A DNA stretch of 47,224 nt from Flavobacteriaceae bacterium (GTDB taxonomy: Bacteria; Bacteroidota; Bacteroidia; Flavobacteriales; Flavobacteriaceae): positions 1-47,224 of the forward strand of contig JAURBX010000001.1 in the NCBI GenBank assembly GCA_030828745.1, written 5' to 3'. The number at the start of each line of letters is the position of its first letter. The stretch's first letter is position 1. The position numbers and the translations under genes were made by a program. The notes below the pieces were generated by a model. That model was not told the origin of the DNA. It saw nothing but the letters and a program-made list of their open reading frames with translations, and did not search any database. Of the stretch, positions 31,575 to 43,876 are shown one piece after another.

Positions 31575-32249
31575 TTATTTTAACAAATCTGGGCGTAATT
31601 TTTGTGTTCGTTCTAGAGCTTTATCCTCTCGCCATTGTTCAACTTTTGGGGTATTTCCTGAGGTTAGTATTTCTGGAACTTCCCAGTCTTTATATTTGGC
31701 GGGACGTGTATAGATAGGAGGCGCTAAGAGGTTGTCTTGAAAACTATCGGTCAATGCTGAGGATTCATCTCCCAGTACACCAGGGATTAATCGTATAACA
31801 CTATCGCAAAAAAGGGCCGCGGCTAATTCTCCACCAGAGAGTACAAAATCTCCGATTGAAATTTCATGTGTAATGAGATGATCTCTGACCCTTTGATCGA
31901 CCCCTTTGTAATGTCCACATAAAAGAATAATGTTATCAAGGGTCGAATAATGGTTGGCAGCTTTTTGATTAAGTGTTTCACCATCTGGAGTTAAATATAT
32001 TATTGCATCGTATTCTCTTTCTTTTTTAAGAGCACTAATGCAGCGATCAATGGGTTCGATCATCATGACCATTCCCGCTCCTCCACCAAAAGGATAGTCA
32101 TCTACTTGCTTTTGTTTGTGAGTGCTATAGGTTCTTAAATCATGAAAATGAACTTCAGCTCTTCCAGAAGCAAGTGCACGTTTTAATATGGAGACTTCAA
32201 ACGGACTTTTTAATAGTTCTGGAAACAGCGTGATGATATCAATTCGCAT
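31575..32249 (-). CDS. trmD: tRNA (guanine37-N1)-methyltransferase
   Basis: [12 protein letters not shown]-terminus and [30 protein letters not shown] motifs. Confidence 0.96.
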   Translation of the reverse strand: MRIDIITLFPELLKSPFEVSILKRALASGRAEVHFHDLRTYSTHKQKQVDDYPFGGGAGMVMMIEPIDRCISALKKEREYDAIIYLTPDGETLNQKAANHYSTLDNIILLCGHYKGVDQRVRDHLITHEISIGDFVLSGGELAAALFCDSVIRLIPGVLGDESSALTDSFQDNLLAPPIYTRPAKYKDWEVPEILTSGNTPKVEQWREDKALERTQKLRPDLLK

Positions 32250-32270
32250 GAAAAATAAAATTAGATTTTA

Positions 32271-32310
32271 GCAAAAATAGAAAAAGTCGCAGGAGCACTA
32301 CGACTTTTTC
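32271..32310 (-). terminator. Probable terminator downstream of htrA
   Basis: 10 bp stem GAAAAAGTCG / CGACTTTTTC with an 11 nt loop. A T-rich tract follows on the minus strand. Confidence 0.5.
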
Positions 32311-32325
32311 TATAAAGTTGACCCA

Positions 32326-33717
32326 TTAATATTGCAATGAGATTCTTTCTTTTTCACCAGAGGGCTTCAAGAAAAGAATGCTCTCAAGATCATTGACCTT
32401 CAAATTTTGAACCTCTTTAAGTGTACTTACTTCTTGATCATTTATTTCTAAAATTATATAACCATTATCAATCCCTTTTTGATATAGCCAGCGATTATTC
32501 ATATTGGAAATGTATAAGCCTTGTTGCGTTTGATATTCTTTTTTTTGATCGGATGTAAGCTCTCTTACTTCCATCAAAAAGAAACTAGCGCGATTGATTT
32601 TTTCCAAACGTACTTTAACCTTATTTTCTTTTCCATTACGATTGTAGAGGATGTCGACTTCTTCTCCTGGGCGTTTGCTTGCAAGGTAGCCGGATAAGTC
32701 AGCAAATTTATTAATCGAAATTTTATCTACGCTTTTAATAATATCATTGGGTTTAAGTCCAGCAAGATCGGCACCTAAGCCTTCTTCAAGATCAGTAATA
32801 TAAAAGCCTTCGGTCTCATTTACCTCAAATCGTTTTGCCATCTCAGAGTTTAGGGCTTGTCCCATTACTCCCAAAAGACCTTGCTGCACGTCTCCAAATT
32901 CAATAATATCCTCAAAAACTTTACGCGCTACGTTGCTGGGAACAGCAAAGGAATAGCCAACAAAACCTCCAGAGATTGAAGTTATGGCAGTGTTAATCCC
33001 GATGAGTTCTCCACGAGTGTTGACTAGAGCACCTCCACTGTTTCCTTGATTAACCGCAGCATCGGTTTGGATATACCATTCATTTTTACCATCTCTTTGG
33101 TTTAAGTCCCTAGCTTTGGCACTAATAATTCCTGCGGTTACGGTTGAATTCAAGTTAAAAGGATTCCCAACGGCAAGAACCCATTCCCCAATTTTAGTGG
33201 TGTCTGAATTCCCAAAAAACACATAGGGTAATTTCTGATTTGAATTAATCTTTAATACTGCGATATCACTACTGGGATCGGATCCAACAACGGTAGCTTC
33301 ATAGGTTTTGTTGTCATTGGTAGTGATCTCAATTTCAGAATTATTTTCAATAACATGATGGTTGGTTATGATGTAACCATTGGGCGAAACGATCACTCCA
33401 GAACCGGTACCAATTCGTTCGGGTAATTGATCATCCCCATAAAAATAACGATAAAAAGCGGGTAAGTCGGAGTCTGAGGAACTGGTGTTTTTTACATGAA
33501 CAACAGCATGTATCGTTTTCTCAGCAGCAATGGTAAAGTCTGTAAGCTCAGCAGCTAGACTGTTAGAGGTATAGGTGTAACTTGCGGGAATCAAAGCAGT
33601 CTCTTGTAAATCTTTTGAAGCTACTTTAGAATGAGTTTTGAAATAAACATCATAAATAAAAATGCTAAGAAAAGCACTTCCAAGAGCAATGCTAAGGGTT
33701 TTAATAAATGATTTCAT
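32326..33717 (-). CDS. htrA: Periplasmic serine endoprotease, HtrA/DegP/DegQ family
   Basis: N-terminal TM/signal segment, trypsin-like domain (ITNHHV, DIAVLK, GNSGGALVN) and two PDZ-like regions. Confidence 0.88.
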   Translation of the reverse strand: MKSFIKTLSIALGSAFLSIFIYDVYFKTHSKVASKDLQETALIPASYTYTSNSLAAELTDFTIAAEKTIHAVVHVKNTSSSDSDLPAFYRYFYGDDQLPERIGTGSGVIVSPNGYIITNHHVIENNSEIEITTNDNKTYEATVVGSDPSSDIAVLKINSNQKLPYVFFGNSDTTKIGEWVLAVGNPFNLNSTVTAGIISAKARDLNQRDGKNEWYIQTDAAVNQGNSGGALVNTRGELIGINTAITSISGGFVGYSFAVPSNVARKVFEDIIEFGDVQQGLLGVMGQALNSEMAKRFEVNETEGFYITDLEEGLGADLAGLKPNDIIKSVDKISINKFADLSGYLASKRPGEEVDILYNRNGKENKVKVRLEKINRASFFLMEVRELTSDQKKEYQTQQGLYISNMNNRWLYQKGIDNGYIILEINDQEVSTLKEVQNLKVNDLESILFLKPSGEKERISLQY

Positions 33718-33876
33718 AGTTATATTTTTTTTTCAAAATTATAGATTTTAAAGAAGATTAAAATGCATTTAACGACCCTTTAACAACTTTTGAGGTTCAA
33801 TGTTAAAGGTAGTAATTCGCTTTTTTTTAAATGGATTACTTCTGTTTTATTTGAATAGACAAACAAAAAAATCATG

Positions 33877-33884
33877 TATTTTTG
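33877..33884 (+). promoter_or_regulatory. Candidate -7 box TATTTTTG upstream of dapF
   Basis: Exact TAnnTTTG match, with TTTG at 33850-33853 (23 nt spacer). The motif ends only 6 nt before ATG 33891, so the mRNA would be near-leaderless or the match is coincidental. Confidence 0.25.
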
Positions 33885-33890
33885 TTCCCT

Positions 33891-34676
33891 ATGGAGATTC
33901 AATTTGATAAATATCAAGGTGCAGGCAACGACTTCATTATTATGGATAATCGTTCAGGAATTTATGATTTGATCACAACTTCGCAATTTCACTCAATGTG
34001 TAACCGGTTCAAAGGAATTGGTGCTGATGGTGTCATTTTAATTGAATCACACGCCACTTTAGATTTTGAAATGCGTTATTTTAATTCAGATGGAAATTTA
34101 AGCACGATGTGTGGCAATGGAGGACGATGTGCTGTTGCCTTTGCATACAAGCACAATATAATTTCCAAAAAGACCCAATTTATGGCGGTGGATGGTCCTC
34201 ATGAGGCAGAACTCATTTCAGAGGCTGAAGTTCGACTTCAAATGCAGGGGGTCGACACCCTAACCCAGAGGGATGATGCAATAATTACAGATACGGGATC
34301 TCCACATTTTGTTGTTTCGTTAGACGATATTGTGTCAATAAACGTCAAAGAAGAAGGAGCAGCAATCCGCTATTCAAAAGCGTTTAAAGCCAAAGGAATT
34401 AATGTTAATTTTATTCAAAAAGAGAATCCGCAAACCTATGCGATTAGAACCTACGAACGAGGGGTGGAAGATGAAACTCTTGCCTGCGGAACGGGAGCTG
34501 TTGCAGGAGCTTTAGCGATGCATTTCTTAGGAAAAACAGAAGGAGGGACTAGTCTTTTGATGAAGGCGCTTGGGGGAGATTTGACCATAGATTTTGAAAC
34601 GGCAGAACAAGGGTACAAGAATATTAATTTGCAAGGACCTGCTACTTTTGTTTATTCAGGAATAATTTCAATATGA
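33891..34676 (+). CDS. dapF: Diaminopimelate epimerase
   Basis: YQGAGNDF, catalytic MCGNGGRC and ACGTGAVA cysteines. Confidence 0.93.
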   Translation: MEIQFDKYQGAGNDFIIMDNRSGIYDLITTSQFHSMCNRFKGIGADGVILIESHATLDFEMRYFNSDGNLSTMCGNGGRCAVAFAYKHNIISKKTQFMAVDGPHEAELISEAEVRLQMQGVDTLTQRDDAIITDTGSPHFVVSLDDIVSINVKEEGAAIRYSKAFKAKGINVNFIQKENPQTYAIRTYERGVEDETLACGTGAVAGALAMHFLGKTEGGTSLLMKALGGDLTIDFETAEQGYKNINLQGPATFVYSGIISI

Positions 34677-35185
34677 ATCCAGAATCCCTTTTCTTAAGAG
34701 CCCTTGAGCCGAAAGATTTAGACCTTTTATTTGAAATAGAAAATGAAGACGAGTTTTGGAAATACGCTAACCGTACTGAACCCTATTCCAAGGATCTATT
34801 AAATTCTTACATCAAACAGCAACATCAAGATATTTTTGAAGTAAAACAAAAACGTTTTGTCCTCTCGGATGGGAGTTCTAGTGCATTAGGTTTTGTCGAT
34901 CTTTTTGATTTTGAACCTTTGCACAGGAGAGCAGGTGTGGGTATTGTAATTCGCAAAAGAAAGAGAGGTCTCGGATATGGCAAAAAAGGACTCGAACTCT
35001 TAGATTCCCATTGTAAAATAAATTTAAACATCCACTGTTTGTTTGCTAATATAGCCACTGAAAACAAAACAAGTTTGCATATTTTTGAACGATGTGGATA
35101 TCAAAAAGTGGGTGTTAAAAAAGCATGGAATTTTTATGAAGGTTCATTCCATGACGAGTTCCTCTATCAAAAATTATTTATTTGA
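34673..35185 (+). CDS. GNAT-family N-acetyltransferase (RimJ/RimL-like)
   Basis: RKRGLGYGKKG acetyl-CoA motif, 170 aa. ATGA overlap with the dapF stop. Confidence 0.7.
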   Translation: MNPESLFLRALEPKDLDLLFEIENEDEFWKYANRTEPYSKDLLNSYIKQQHQDIFEVKQKRFVLSDGSSSALGFVDLFDFEPLHRRAGVGIVIRKRKRGLGYGKKGLELLDSHCKINLNIHCLFANIATENKTSLHIFERCGYQKVGVKKAWNFYEGSFHDEFLYQKLFI

Positions 35186-36228
35186 TGTACAAAAGAAAAA
35201 TTTTAGTCTGGATAAGTTTAATGGGTACGGCCATAGGGTGTTATTTTGTATACAACTTTTACGTTACATTTTTCTGGGATAATACTGCTTTTAAAAACGA
35301 GTATTCGTATGTGTTTATTGATAGAGACGACACCATTGATTCTCTTCAGATTCAATTAAGTCCTCTGCTAAAATCTACTTCTAATTTTCGAATGGCAGCA
35401 GAGAAAAAAGGGTATTCTCAGAATATTAAATCTGGAAAGTATAAGATTTTGAAAGGATTGGGAAATAATGAGATGATCAATCTTCTTCGTTCGAAACGTC
35501 AGACGGTTAAAGTGGTTTTTAACAATCAAGAACGACTTGAAGATTTGGCAGGACGTGTTTCTAAACAAATTGAAGCCGATAGCTTGAGTTTATTGGATGC
35601 TTTTTATGACACCGAATTTTTACGTACCAATGGCTTTACGCAAAACAATGCTCTATCGCTATATTTACCAAACTCATATGACTTCTTTTGGGATACATCA
35701 GCCGAAGATTTTAGAGAAAAGATGATGTCCTATTACAAGCTTTTTTGGAATGATTCAAGAAGAGTAAAAGCCAAGGCGTTACAATTAACCCCACAGGAAG
35801 TTTATGTTTTGGCTTCTATTGTTCAAAAAGAATCCCCTAAAAAGGATGAACAACCACGGTTGGCTGGGGCTTATGTAAACCGTTTAAAAAAGAGGATGAA
35901 ATTACAAGCCGATCCCACAGTGATTTTTGCTATGAAAAAAACATCTGGGGATTTTGATCAAGTAATCAAGCGAGTGTTATACAAAGACTTAAGACTAAAA
36001 TCTCCCTACAATACTTATAGGGTAAAAGGACTTCCTCCAGGCCCCATCACTATGCCTGACTTGTCAGCAATTGAAGCCGTTTTAAACCCGGAAAAGCATT
36101 CTTTCTTATATTTTGTAGCTAACCCCTCAAAACCAGGATATCATCTGTTTGCCAAAAATTTGTTGGAACACAATCGAAATAAAAGGATCTATATAAACTG
36201 GATTAATAAAAAGAAAATCTACCGTTAA
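35185..36228 (+). CDS. mltG: Endolytic murein transglycosylase MltG (YceG family)
   Basis: N-terminal TM helix, LASIVQKES catalytic Glu region and GLPPGPI motif. ATG 35185 overlaps the preceding TGA by 1 nt. Confidence 0.88.
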   Translation: MYKRKILVWISLMGTAIGCYFVYNFYVTFFWDNTAFKNEYSYVFIDRDDTIDSLQIQLSPLLKSTSNFRMAAEKKGYSQNIKSGKYKILKGLGNNEMINLLRSKRQTVKVVFNNQERLEDLAGRVSKQIEADSLSLLDAFYDTEFLRTNGFTQNNALSLYLPNSYDFFWDTSAEDFREKMMSYYKLFWNDSRRVKAKALQLTPQEVYVLASIVQKESPKKDEQPRLAGAYVNRLKKRMKLQADPTVIFAMKKTSGDFDQVIKRVLYKDLRLKSPYNTYRVKGLPPGPITMPDLSAIEAVLNPEKHSFLYFVANPSKPGYHLFAKNLLEHNRNKRIYINWINKKKIYR

Positions 36229-36956
36229 AAAGAGCCTTCAATAATAAAAACACAGGGTCTTTTGTTTAGGTTTGGTTTTACTTTTTTCCATTGTTTTACA
36301 GAAAGGGTAAGGATGTATTCAGTACTTAAACTAATATCACAAGCCACACAAAGACGCGTATTTGGATCTAATATTTTTAAAAAATCTTTAAATAGAGATT
36401 CACTCCGGTAGGGAGTTTCTATAAAGAGTTGCGCTTGCTCCTCACGAAAAGCTTTCTTTTCAAACTTTGAAATACTTTGATTTCGTTGTCTTTGTTCAAT
36501 AGGAAGGTAGCCGTTAAAGGCAAAGTTTTGACCATTCATTCCTGAGGCCATTAATGCTAAAAGAAGTGATGAAGGACCAGTCAAAGGTTTTACAGTAATT
36601 CCCAAACGATGGGCTTTAGAAACGATTACCGCTCCAGGATCTGCTACCCCAGGACATCCTGCATCCGAAAAAAGACCCATGGAGATTCCTGATTTACAAG
36701 TGTCTAGATAAGTTTCCATTTCTTCTTGGGTAGTATATTTATTCAAGGGGTAAAGTGTTATTTTATTTTGATTTTTATTGGGGGTTATTCTTTTAATAAA
36801 CTGACGAGCGGCTTTTTCATTTTCAATAATGAAATGAGTGTGCTCCTCTACAATTTTTTTAACAGAGAGAGGAAGTACCTCCAGTGGGGAGTTGTCTCCA
36901 AGCGGTGTTGGAATTAAATAAAGTACTCCCAAAGAAGTTGAATTCTCATTCATCAT
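36225..36956 (-). CDS. SAM-dependent methyltransferase, tetrapyrrole-methylase (RsmI-like) fold
   Basis: LYLIPTPLG N-terminus and SDAGCPGVADPG motif, 243 aa. Convergent 4 nt overlap with mltG. Confidence 0.7.
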   Translation of the reverse strand: MMNENSTSLGVLYLIPTPLGDNSPLEVLPLSVKKIVEEHTHFIIENEKAARQFIKRITPNKNQNKITLYPLNKYTTQEEMETYLDTCKSGISMGLFSDAGCPGVADPGAVIVSKAHRLGITVKPLTGPSSLLLALMASGMNGQNFAFNGYLPIEQRQRNQSISKFEKKAFREEQAQLFIETPYRSESLFKDFLKILDPNTRLCVACDISLSTEYILTLSVKQWKKVKPNLNKRPCVFIIEGSF

Positions 36957-37395
36957 TTAATGATTTAACAATTCGATTACACGTATTATTCAGCAATGTA
37001 AAACAATTTTCAAAACCCTCAGCCCCACCATAATAGTGATCTGGAACCTCATTTTGATCATCAAGAATAAGATTTACTTTTTTGTGGTCTTCTATTGAAC
37101 TTGCTTTGGCAATGATGTTTTCATAATTACTTCGGTCCATTGCAAAAATGTGAGTGAAGACTTTGAAGTCATTTTTAGTGAATTGTCTCGCTTTTTGATG
37201 GCTAATGTCAATACCGTATTTTTTTGCAACGCTAATACTTCTTGGATCTGGGGAATTTCCAATGTGATAGGCTGCCGTTCCAGCAGAATCTACTTTAATA
37301 TTTAACTCCTTTACTTTAGATTCAAGGATTCCTTGTGCTAATGGAGAACGACAAATATTACCCAAGCAAACCATGAGTACTTTTGTCTTTTCCAT
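36946..37395 (-). CDS. Low-molecular-weight protein-tyrosine phosphatase
   Basis: Active-site CLGNICRSP (CX5R-S) near the N-terminus and a DP(Y)Y-type loop (VPDHYYGG). Confidence 0.88.
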   Translation of the reverse strand: MEKTKVLMVCLGNICRSPLAQGILESKVKELNIKVDSAGTAAYHIGNSPDPRSISVAKKYGIDISHQKARQFTKNDFKVFTHIFAMDRSNYENIIAKASSIEDHKKVNLILDDQNEVPDHYYGGAEGFENCFTLLNNTCNRIVKSLNDE

Positions 37396-37407
37396 AAAAT
37401 AGAGTTT

Positions 37408-38835
37408 TTATAAAGTTAGCTTTTGACTTAGATCTTCCACGTACTTGCGGAATTGTTTGTCAGTAAAACTCAAGTTGTCAACCGTTTTGCAGGCATGAAG
37501 AACAGTGGCATGATCTCGTTTGCCGATTTGGTTCCCAATACTGGCCAAAGAGGCTTTTGTGAATTTCTTAGCAAAATACATTGCTAATTGACGTGCCTGA
37601 ACAATATGTCTTCTTCGTGTTTTGGATTGAAGTGTTTCAACATCCATTTGGAAATAATCCGATACTACTTTTTGAATGTAATCGATAGAAACTTCTCGTT
37701 TGGTGTTTTTAACAAATTTCATAACAACCTCTTGAGCAAGTTCAATGGTTATTTCTGCTTTGTTAAAGGATGATTGTGCGATTAGAGAAATGATTGCACC
37801 TTCGAGTTCTCTAACATTGGTTTTGATGTTTTTAGCTACATACTCAATGATATCTTCATTAATGTTAACCCCATCTCGGTACAATTTATTTTTTAGGATT
37901 GAAATCCTTGTTTCATAGTTTGGAAGCTGCAATTCGGCAGAAAGTCCCCATTTAAATCGAGAGAGCAAGCGTTGCTCAATATCCTGCATGTCAACAGGTG
38001 CTTTATCAGAGGTAAGGATGACCTGTTTTCCGTTTTGATGTAAATGATTGAAGATGTGGAAAAACACATCTTGAGTTCCTGTTTTTCCTGAAAGGAATTG
38101 AACATCATCAATAATTAAAACATCGAGCAGTTGATAGAAATGAATAAAATCATTTCGAGTATTTTTCTTTACAGCTTCTATATATTGCTGTGTAAATTTT
38201 TCAGCGGCAATGTACAGTACCGTTTTGTCTTGATATTTTTCTTTAATTTCAACCCCGATAGCGTGTGCCAGATGGGTCTTTCCTAATCCAACCCCTCCAA
38301 ATATTAATAATGGATTAAAAGAAGTTCCTCCAGGTTTGGCAGAAACGGCAAGCGCTGCTGATCGTCCAAGACGATTTGAATCTCCCTCAAGAAAATTATC
38401 AAAATTATAGTTGGGATTGAGTTGTGATTCAATTTGTAGATTTTTAATTCCAGGAATCACAAAGGGATTTTTCAACTCCCCTGCATAGGAATTGATGGGT
38501 GCATCTACATTTTGTGTGAGTACACCAGAACGATTACTACTCGGAATTTTTTCAGTGAACGGCGCTTTGTTTCCAAAAGTATTTTCCATGCGAATGGCAT
38601 AGAGCAAACGAGCTTCTTTTCCTAATTCTCTTTGAAGAGCCGTCTTTAATAATTTAACATAATGTTCTTCTAGCCATTCGTAAAAGAATTTGCTTGGAAC
38701 CTGAATTGTTAAAATATTATCAGTGAGTTTAACAGGAGTAATAGGTTTGAACCAAGTTTTAAAGGCTTGAGGTGGAATATTATCTTCAATAAAAGAGAGG
38801 CAATTTGTCCAAACTGAAGAAGCAGTAATATTCAT
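37408..38835 (-). CDS. dnaA: Chromosomal replication initiator protein DnaA
   Basis: AAA+ Walker A GGVGLGKTHL, Walker B IIDDVQF and a C-terminal DnaA-box binding domain (HATVLHA). Confidence 0.97.
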   Translation of the reverse strand: MNITASSVWTNCLSFIEDNIPPQAFKTWFKPITPVKLTDNILTIQVPSKFFYEWLEEHYVKLLKTALQRELGKEARLLYAIRMENTFGNKAPFTEKIPSSNRSGVLTQNVDAPINSYAGELKNPFVIPGIKNLQIESQLNPNYNFDNFLEGDSNRLGRSAALAVSAKPGGTSFNPLLIFGGVGLGKTHLAHAIGVEIKEKYQDKTVLYIAAEKFTQQYIEAVKKNTRNDFIHFYQLLDVLIIDDVQFLSGKTGTQDVFFHIFNHLHQNGKQVILTSDKAPVDMQDIEQRLLSRFKWGLSAELQLPNYETRISILKNKLYRDGVNINEDIIEYVAKNIKTNVRELEGAIISLIAQSSFNKAEITIELAQEVVMKFVKNTKREVSIDYIQKVVSDYFQMDVETLQSKTRRRHIVQARQLAMYFAKKFTKASLASIGNQIGKRDHATVLHACKTVDNLSFTDKQFRKYVEDLSQKLTL

Positions 38836-39028
38836 TTTTTGTTTTATGTCTAAGTTTAAATTATGGTTTTTTTACTCTAACAGAGTGATTACAAATATTG
38901 ATTAAAAAATTTCAAAAAAAAAATGAAATCACTATTGAATTATAACTTTTTTTTTTGGATATTCTGGCTCTGTGTTTTCTAAAAAAATTCACCTTTTTTT
39001 TCCTAAATTTAATAATTAAAAGAGTTTT
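38836..39028. other. AT-rich dnaA upstream region with A10/T10/A7/T8 homopolymer tracts (possible unwinding element or promoter region)
   Basis: A10 at 38914-38923, T10 at 38947-38956, A7 at 38981-38987 and T8 at 38994-39001. Inverted repeat AGTGATT (38884-38890) / AATCACT (38927-38933). No consensus TTATCCACA box seen. Confidence 0.3.
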
Positions 39029-39424
39029 ATGAAATACAAGACAAAAAAAATTGTAGTTCGCTATTCAGAAACAGACCAAATGCAATTCGTACATCACAGC
39101 AATTACTTGAAATATTTTGAATTAGCTCGACTTGAATGGCTCACTGAAATGGGAGTATCCTATGCAGAAATGGAGCAAGAAGGGATATTAATGCCGGTTG
39201 TGAGCGCTTCTCTTGAGTTCAAGACGCCTTTGTATTATGGTGATCTCTTTCAGGTTACTGTTGAATTGAAGAATAATCCAAAGGCCACACTAGATTTTGA
39301 TTATGAACTCACGAATCAAAAAGATGAAATTATTTGTAAAGGAAACACCGTTCTAGCTTTTCTCTCACCTCAAACCAAACGTCCGATGCGTTGCCCTAAG
39401 TTTTTACTTGAAAAGTTTAGTTAA
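39029..39424 (+). CDS. Acyl-CoA thioesterase, YbgC/4HBT hotdog family
   Basis: VRYSETDQMQFVHHSNYLKYFE N-terminal catalytic Asp motif, 131 aa. Confidence 0.8.
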   Translation: MKYKTKKIVVRYSETDQMQFVHHSNYLKYFELARLEWLTEMGVSYAEMEQEGILMPVVSASLEFKTPLYYGDLFQVTVELKNNPKATLDFDYELTNQKDEIICKGNTVLAFLSPQTKRPMRCPKFLLEKFS

Positions 39425-40460
39425 AATAGAATGAAAGAAGATCGGAATCGATTTGTTCTGTTCTAGTGAAAGATTTTTTTATTTGCGGTGCCATTATTCC
39501 CTTTTCTAATCTTTTTTCACTTGAGAAAACACGAGCTTCATCCCATAAATCAGCATCAATAAACGATTGAATTGTTTTTAATCCACCTTCCACAATAATG
39601 GATTGTATCTGTTTTTCATAGCAATAGTTTAAAATATAATCTAAAGAGAAAGAATTTAAAACCACTTGCTTTTTATTTCCGGAAAAAGTACTCGTTTTAT
39701 TATTTGTAAAAAAAATAGTAGATTCTTTGTCTGTTACTACAATTGATTTAGTGGGAACTCTAGCGTTGGGGTCAAGTACAAGGCGAAGTGGGTTTTTTCC
39801 TTTCCATTCTCTTGTGGTTAGTTGTGGATTATCTTGAACAATCGTTTGAACGCCAACCAAAATGGCAGCCTCTTCACTACGCCATTGGTGAACACGTTGT
39901 TTTGAAATTGGATTTGAAATCCAAAATATTTCAGCCTTATTTTTTTCTACGGGAAGAGGAGCAATAAAGGAATCTTTTGTTTGTGCCCACTTCAATAGTA
40001 TATAGGGGCGTTTTTTTTTATGAAAAGTAAAAAAGCGACGATTTAAAAAATCACTCTGTTTTTGTAAAACATGGGTTTCAACCTTACAACCAGCAGCGAT
40101 TAATTTTTCAATCCCTCGTCCAGACACAATTGGATTTGGATCTGTTGAGGCAATAACAACTCGAGGAATGCCATACTCTACGATTAAATCAGAGCAAGGA
40201 GGGGTCTTCCCAAAATGACTACAGGGCTCTAAATTCACATAAAGAGTAGACTCTTTTAGTTGGGATTTGTTTGATACTTGGTTTATTGCATTGACTTCAG
40301 CATGTGGAGTACCTGCTTTTTTGTGCCAGCCTTCACCAATGATTTTATCGTTGTGGACAATTACAGAGCCCACCATGGGATTAGGGTAAGTAGTCCCTAA
40401 ACCCCTTTTTGCAAGCTCTAAACAGCGTTGCATATAGATCAAATCTTGTCCTTTGTTCAA
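39417..40460 (-). CDS. ribD: Bifunctional riboflavin biosynthesis deaminase/reductase RibD
   Basis: HAEVNAI and PCSHFGKTPPC zinc-deaminase motifs plus a C-terminal reductase domain. The start may be TTG 40460 or ATG 40433. Confidence 0.92.
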   Translation of the reverse strand: MNKGQDLIYMQRCLELAKRGLGTTYPNPMVGSVIVHNDKIIGEGWHKKAGTPHAEVNAINQVSNKSQLKESTLYVNLEPCSHFGKTPPCSDLIVEYGIPRVVIASTDPNPIVSGRGIEKLIAAGCKVETHVLQKQSDFLNRRFFTFHKKKRPYILLKWAQTKDSFIAPLPVEKNKAEIFWISNPISKQRVHQWRSEEAAILVGVQTIVQDNPQLTTREWKGKNPLRLVLDPNARVPTKSIVVTDKESTIFFTNNKTSTFSGNKKQVVLNSFSLDYILNYCYEKQIQSIIVEGGLKTIQSFIDADLWDEARVFSSEKRLEKGIMAPQIKKSFTRTEQIDSDLLSFYFN

Positions 40461-40537
40461 ATCTTAGTGTAAATAAATTTGTTTTCCTTGGTGAAGCAAA
40501 TTAAAATTGACTGTAAATTTAGAACAAAATTTAAGGA

Positions 40538-41017
40538 ATGCACATCCGACCAATAAAAGCTTCTGACAATAAAAATTTAGCTCTTGCAATTCGCTCTGTT
40601 TTAATTGAAATGGGAGTTCCAAAAACGGGTACAGCCTATGAAGATAAAGAGCTCGATTTTATGTTTGAGACTTATTCAGTTTCCAGAGCGATTTACTATA
40701 TTGTGTATGATGATGAATTTATATTGGGAGGTGCTGGAATTGCACCTTTAAAAGAGGGAGACCCTTTCGTTTGTGAATTGCAAAAGATGTATTTCACTTC
40801 TAAAGCCAGAGGAAGAGGGCTTGGACTTCAAATGATTGAAAAATGTCTTGATTTTGCAAAGTCTAATAAATTTGATTTGTGCTATATTGAAACTATGCCG
40901 AATATGGAAGCTGCACAAAAGTTGTATAAGAAAATGGGTTTTGAATATATTGACCATCCTATGGGAAATACGGGACATTGCTCTTGTCCCATTTGGATGA
41001 CAAAATCGCTCGTATGA
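40538..41017 (+). CDS. GNAT-family N-acetyltransferase
   Basis: ARGRGLGLQMIE acetyl-CoA motif, 159 aa. Its TGA overlaps the prmC ATG (ATGA). Confidence 0.75.
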   Translation: MHIRPIKASDNKNLALAIRSVLIEMGVPKTGTAYEDKELDFMFETYSVSRAIYYIVYDDEFILGGAGIAPLKEGDPFVCELQKMYFTSKARGRGLGLQMIEKCLDFAKSNKFDLCYIETMPNMEAAQKLYKKMGFEYIDHPMGNTGHCSCPIWMTKSLV

Positions 41018-41259
41018 CTTATATTGAAGGAAGAACTTTTTTTAGAGGTGAATTGAGGGCACTTTTGGAAGTAAATGAAATTGATTTTTATTTCAAAACG
41101 ATACTCCATTCACTTTTTAAAATCGAGTCTACAGCAGTAGCATTAGATCCACATGCACATTTTAGTGAGAATCAAAAAAAGCAATTAGAACAAGCTTTAC
41201 AACATCTTTTACACGAAAAACCTTTGCAATATATTATTGGTAAAACCTATTTTAGATAA
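41014..41259 (+). CDS. prmC: Release-factor glutamine methyltransferase PrmC/HemK, N-terminal helical-domain fragment ending at an in-frame TAA
   Basis: MTYIEGRTFF...EKPLQYIIGKTYFR*. The PLQYIxG motif is the conserved end of the PrmC N-domain. It is in the same frame as 41269-41865. Confidence 0.75.
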   Translation: MTYIEGRTFFRGELRALLEVNEIDFYFKTILHSLFKIESTAVALDPHAHFSENQKKQLEQALQHLLHEKPLQYIIGKTYFR

Positions 41260-41268
41260 TTATCTATT

Positions 41269-43876
<2,608 letters not shown>

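Noticed and set aside
31403-31717. 104 aa plus-strand ORF starting in the trmD-rplS spacer
   Set aside because: It has a GTG start, and more than 40% of it runs antisense through the well-supported trmD CDS. The low-complexity hydrophobic translation is typical of an antisense shadow ORF.
35093-35101. Near-consensus DnaA box TGTGGATAT (8/9), and TTATCCACT near 2455
   Set aside because: These are isolated single sites inside coding sequences and are not clustered. They are expected by chance in 47 kb.
40461-40537. FMN riboswitch upstream of ribD
   Set aside because: Only 77 nt (104 nt if ATG 40433 is the start) are available, shared with a divergent promoter. That is too short for an FMN aptamer plus expression platform, and no conserved FMN-element motifs were seen.
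40978-41013. Upstream extension of the prmC N-terminal ORF (MLLSHLDDKIAR...)
   Set aside because: It overlaps the end of the GNAT gene. ATG 41014 forms a classic ATGA stop/start junction and gives a normal PrmC N-terminus.
41257-41259. Possibility that TAA is reassigned to a sense codon in this organism
   Set aside because: TAA terminates many well-aligned genes in the window (leuA, panB, dnaK, thrS, icd, rplS and others), and TAG and TGA are also used as stops. The standard bacterial code applies.
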